This document shows positions 31,427 through 33,962 of a stretch of 33,962 nucleotides of DNA, in pieces. This DNA comes from Malassezia furfur (taxonomy: Eukaryota). Position 1 is the stretch's first letter. Each line of letters starts with the position of its first letter. The notes under the pieces are model-generated. The model saw nothing but the letters and a program-made list of their open reading frames with translations, was not told the origin of the DNA and ran no database searches. The DNA lies in assembly GCA_052055015.1 (NCBI GenBank), contig JBQJIT010000078.1, one strand, 5' to 3'. The position numbers and the translations under genes are program-made.

Positions 31427-33962
31427 ATGGCGAGCGAACGCACGCCGGCGCCGGGTGCGTCGCTGGACGAGATGCGCGAGCGCTCGCGCCAGGAGTATCT
31501 GGCGAAGCGCGCACAGCAGCAAGTTGAGCTGCTGCGCCGCGAGATCCAGGACGAAGAGACATTCTTCCGTGGCGTGCAGCTCACCAAGAAGGAGCAGCGC
31601 GAGCTGGAGCACAAGCGCGAGCTGCTGCGTCTTGCCGAGGAGCACGCTGCGCTCGATGCACCGACCGAGACCTATGTGCTTCCCGAGGACTACCTCACCG
31701 AGCAGGGGCGTGTCGACCGCAAGCGGAAGCAGGCGGCACTGCACGACCGACGCTGTACGTTGCGCACCGCTGACCCAGACGACGACCGCAGCCACCGCAA
31801 ACGCGCCCCGCCCGAGACAGATGCATTTGAGCGCGAGCAGATCGAGCGCTCGATGCTGCTGCAGGAGCCTGCGTCGCGCGCGGAGGACGACGCGTTCGAC
31901 TTTGTGATCGACGAGTCGCAGACCATCCAGTTTATCCTGGACAAGCAGAAACACGGCGCCGTCGAGCCGCAGCGCTCGGCCAAGGACATTGAGCTTGAGC
32001 GCCGGCTGCACGAGGCCGAGGAGCGTGCGTCGTCGATCGAGGCGACGCGCAAGTCGCTGCCGGTGTATGCGCTGCGCGAAGAGTTCCTCGCCGCGCTGAA
32101 GGAGCACCAAATTCTGATCGTCGTTGGTGAGACTGGCTCGGGCAAGACGACGCAGCTGCCGCAGTTCCTGCACGAGGCGGGATACACGCGCGACAACCAG
32201 ATCGTCGCCTGCACGCAGCCGCGCCGCGTCGCAGCGATGAGTGTTGCTGCGCGCGTCGCCGAAGAGATGGGCGTGCGGTTGGGGCGCGAGTGCGGCTACA
32301 GCATCCGCTTTGAGGACTGCACGTCGGATGACACGGTGGTCAAGTACATGACGGACGGCATGCTCCTGCGCGAGTTCCTCACGAACCCCGACCTGGGCAA
32401 CTACTCGGTGATTATGATCGACGAGGCGCACGAGCGGACGCTCAACACCGATATTCTGTTTGGCCTGATCAAGGACATTGCGCGCTTCCGGCCGGACCTC
32501 AAGGTGCTCATTTCGTCTGCGACGCTCGACGCGGAAAAGTTTAGCGTGTTCTTTGACGACGCGCCCATCTTCTTCGTCCCCGGACGCCGCTTCCCGGTGG
32601 ACATTCACTATACCCCCCAGCCCGAGGCGAACTACCTGCATGCAGCGATCACGACCGTCTTCCAGATCCACACGACGCAGCCGCGTGGCGACATCCTCGT
32701 CTTCCTCACCGGGCAGGACGAGATCGACGTCGCGATGGAGAACCTCGAGCAGACGACGCGTGCGCTAGGCGGCAAGATTGCGGAGCTGATCGTGTGCCCC
32801 ATCTACGCGAACCTGCCGAGCGACATGCAGGCGCGCGTGTTTGAGCCGACGCCGCCGGGCGCGCGCAAGGTGGTGCTGGCGACCAACATCGCCGAGACGT
32901 CCATCACGATCGACGGCATCGCGTTTGTGATCGACCCAGGCTTTGTGAAGCAGAACTCGTACAATCCGCGCACCGGCATGTCGGCGCTGAGCGTCGTGCC
33001 GTGCTCGCGCGCCTCGGTGAACCAGCGCGCGGGGCGTGCGGGGCGTGTGGGGCCGGGCAAGTGTTTCCGCCTGTTCACCAAGTGGGCGTACAGCAACGAG
33101 CTCGAGGAGAACACGGTGCCCGAGATCCAGCGCACGAACCTGGCGAATGTCGTGCTCCTGCTCAAGTCGGTGGGCATCCACGACTTGCTGAATTTCGACT
33201 TCCTCGACCCGCCGCCGACCGACACGCTGATCCGCTCGCTCGAGCTGCTCTATGCGCTCGGCGCGCTCAACGACCGCGGCGAGCTCACCAAGCTCGGGCG
33301 GCGCATGGCCGAATTCCCGGTAGACCCGATGATGAGCAAGGCCATTCTGGCCAGCGAAGAGTACCGGTGCACCGAGGAGGTGCTGTCGATCGTCTCGATG
33401 CTTGCCGAGAGTGGCAGCCTCTTTTTCCGGCCGAAGGACAAGAAGCTCCACGCGGACCGTGCGCGGCAGACGTTTTTCCGGCCGGGCGGCGACCACTTTA
33501 CGCTGCTGGCGATCTGGGAGCAGTGGGTCGAGAGCGGGTACAGCAGCGCGTTCTGCCTCGAAAACTTCCTGCAGCCCAAGACGCTCGGCCGCGTGCGCGA
33601 CATCCGCGACCAGCTGCTGCACCTGTGCGAGCGCGTCGAGCTGGTGCCGGAGTCGAACCCGAACAGCGCCGACCTCACCGGCATCCAGAAGGCGATCGTG
33701 TCGGGCTACTTTATGAACACGGCGCGCCTCCAAAAAGGCGGCGAGACGTACCGCGCCATCAAGCAGAACAGCAGCGTGTACGTACACCCGTCGTCCTGCC
33801 TGTACAAGCACGTGCCGCAGCCACGCTTCCTGTGCTACTACGAGCTCGTGGAGACCTCGAAGAACTTTATGCGCCAGGTCATGGAGATCCAGTCGGAGTG
33901 GCTCATTGAGGTCGCGCGGCACTACTTCTCGCGCGACGACGTGCAGGACAACACCAAGCTGC
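31427..33962 (+). CDS. PRP2: Spliceosomal DEAH helicase Prp2/DHX16 (S. pombe Cdc28); intron 31755-31778; 3' end runs off the window
   Basis: [112 protein letters not shown]. Confidence 0.9.
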   Translation, partial: MASERTPAPGASLDEMRERSRQEYLAKRAQQQVELLRREIQDEETFFRGVQLTKKEQRELEHKRELLRLAEEHAALDAPTETYVLPEDYLTEQGRVDRKRKQAALHDRRCTLRTADPDDDRSHRKRAPPETDAFEREQIERSMLLQEPASRAEDDAFDFVIDESQTIQFILDKQKHGAVEPQRSAKDIELERRLHEAEERASSIEATRKSLPVYALREEFLAALKEHQILIVVGETGSGKTTQLPQFLHEAGYTRDNQIVACTQPRRVAAMSVAARVAEEMGVRLGRECGYSIRFEDCTSDDTVVKYMTDGMLLREFLTNPDLGNYSVIMIDEAHERTLNTDILFGLIKDIARFRPDLKVLISSATLDAEKFSVFFDDAPIFFVPGRRFPVDIHYTPQPEANYLHAAITTVFQIHTTQPRGDILVFLTGQDEIDVAMENLEQTTRALGGKIAELIVCPIYANLPSDMQARVFEPTPPGARKVVLATNIAETSITIDGIAFVIDPGFVKQNSYNPRTGMSALSVVPCSRASVNQRAGRAGRVGPGKCFRLFTKWAYSNELEENTVPEIQRTNLANVVLLLKSVGIHDLLNFDFLDPPPTDTLIRSLELLYALGALNDRGELTKLGRRMAEFPVDPMMSKAILASEEYRCTEEVLSIVSMLAESGSLFFRPKDKKLHADRARQTFFRPGGDHFTLLAIWEQWVESGYSSAFCLENFLQPKTLGRVRDIRDQLLHLCERVELVPESNPNSADLTGIQKAIVSGYFMNTARLQKGGETYRAIKQNSSVYVHPSSCLYKHVPQPRFLCYYELVETSKNFMRQVMEIQSEWLIEVARHYFSRDDVQDNTKL

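Noticed and set aside
1..33962. CRISPR arrays, transposons, rRNA or prokaryotic operons
   Set aside because: No repeat-spacer arrays, transposase or RT motifs, or rRNA sequence were seen. The DNA is intron-containing and eukaryotic.

Overview
Eukaryotic, extremely gene-dense, high-GC DNA, most consistent with a Malassezia-like basidiomycete yeast (inferred from gene content, compaction and intron style). I can build 20 protein-coding genes, two of them cut by the window edges: SEC31 (partial), SSL1, PRM10-like, NDUFS6-like, CGR1, a small DUF4870-like membrane protein, OST1, SEM1, PAB2/SGN1, OPA3-like, NFS1, BIM1/EB1, TEX1/THOC3, DSN1, a DHX30-like dsRBD DExH helicase, ATE1, an LRR protein, ELP2, RBX1 and PRP2/DHX16 (partial). 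Most ORFs in the supplied track are shadow frames. The main observations are: (1) Elp2 carries a complete phosphopantetheine adenylyltransferase (Cab4/PPAT)-like module inserted in frame inside its WD40 region; (2) a ~300-nt, lower-GC, strongly base-paired intergenic element at 23527-23836 looks like an unannotated ncRNA with RNase P/MRP-like topology; (3) NFS1 has a 222-nt nested-stem intron although most introns here are tiny; (4) 26 of 35 hand-called introns are only 21-27 nt. All structures were paired by eye, and all gene names come from motif recognition, not database searches.
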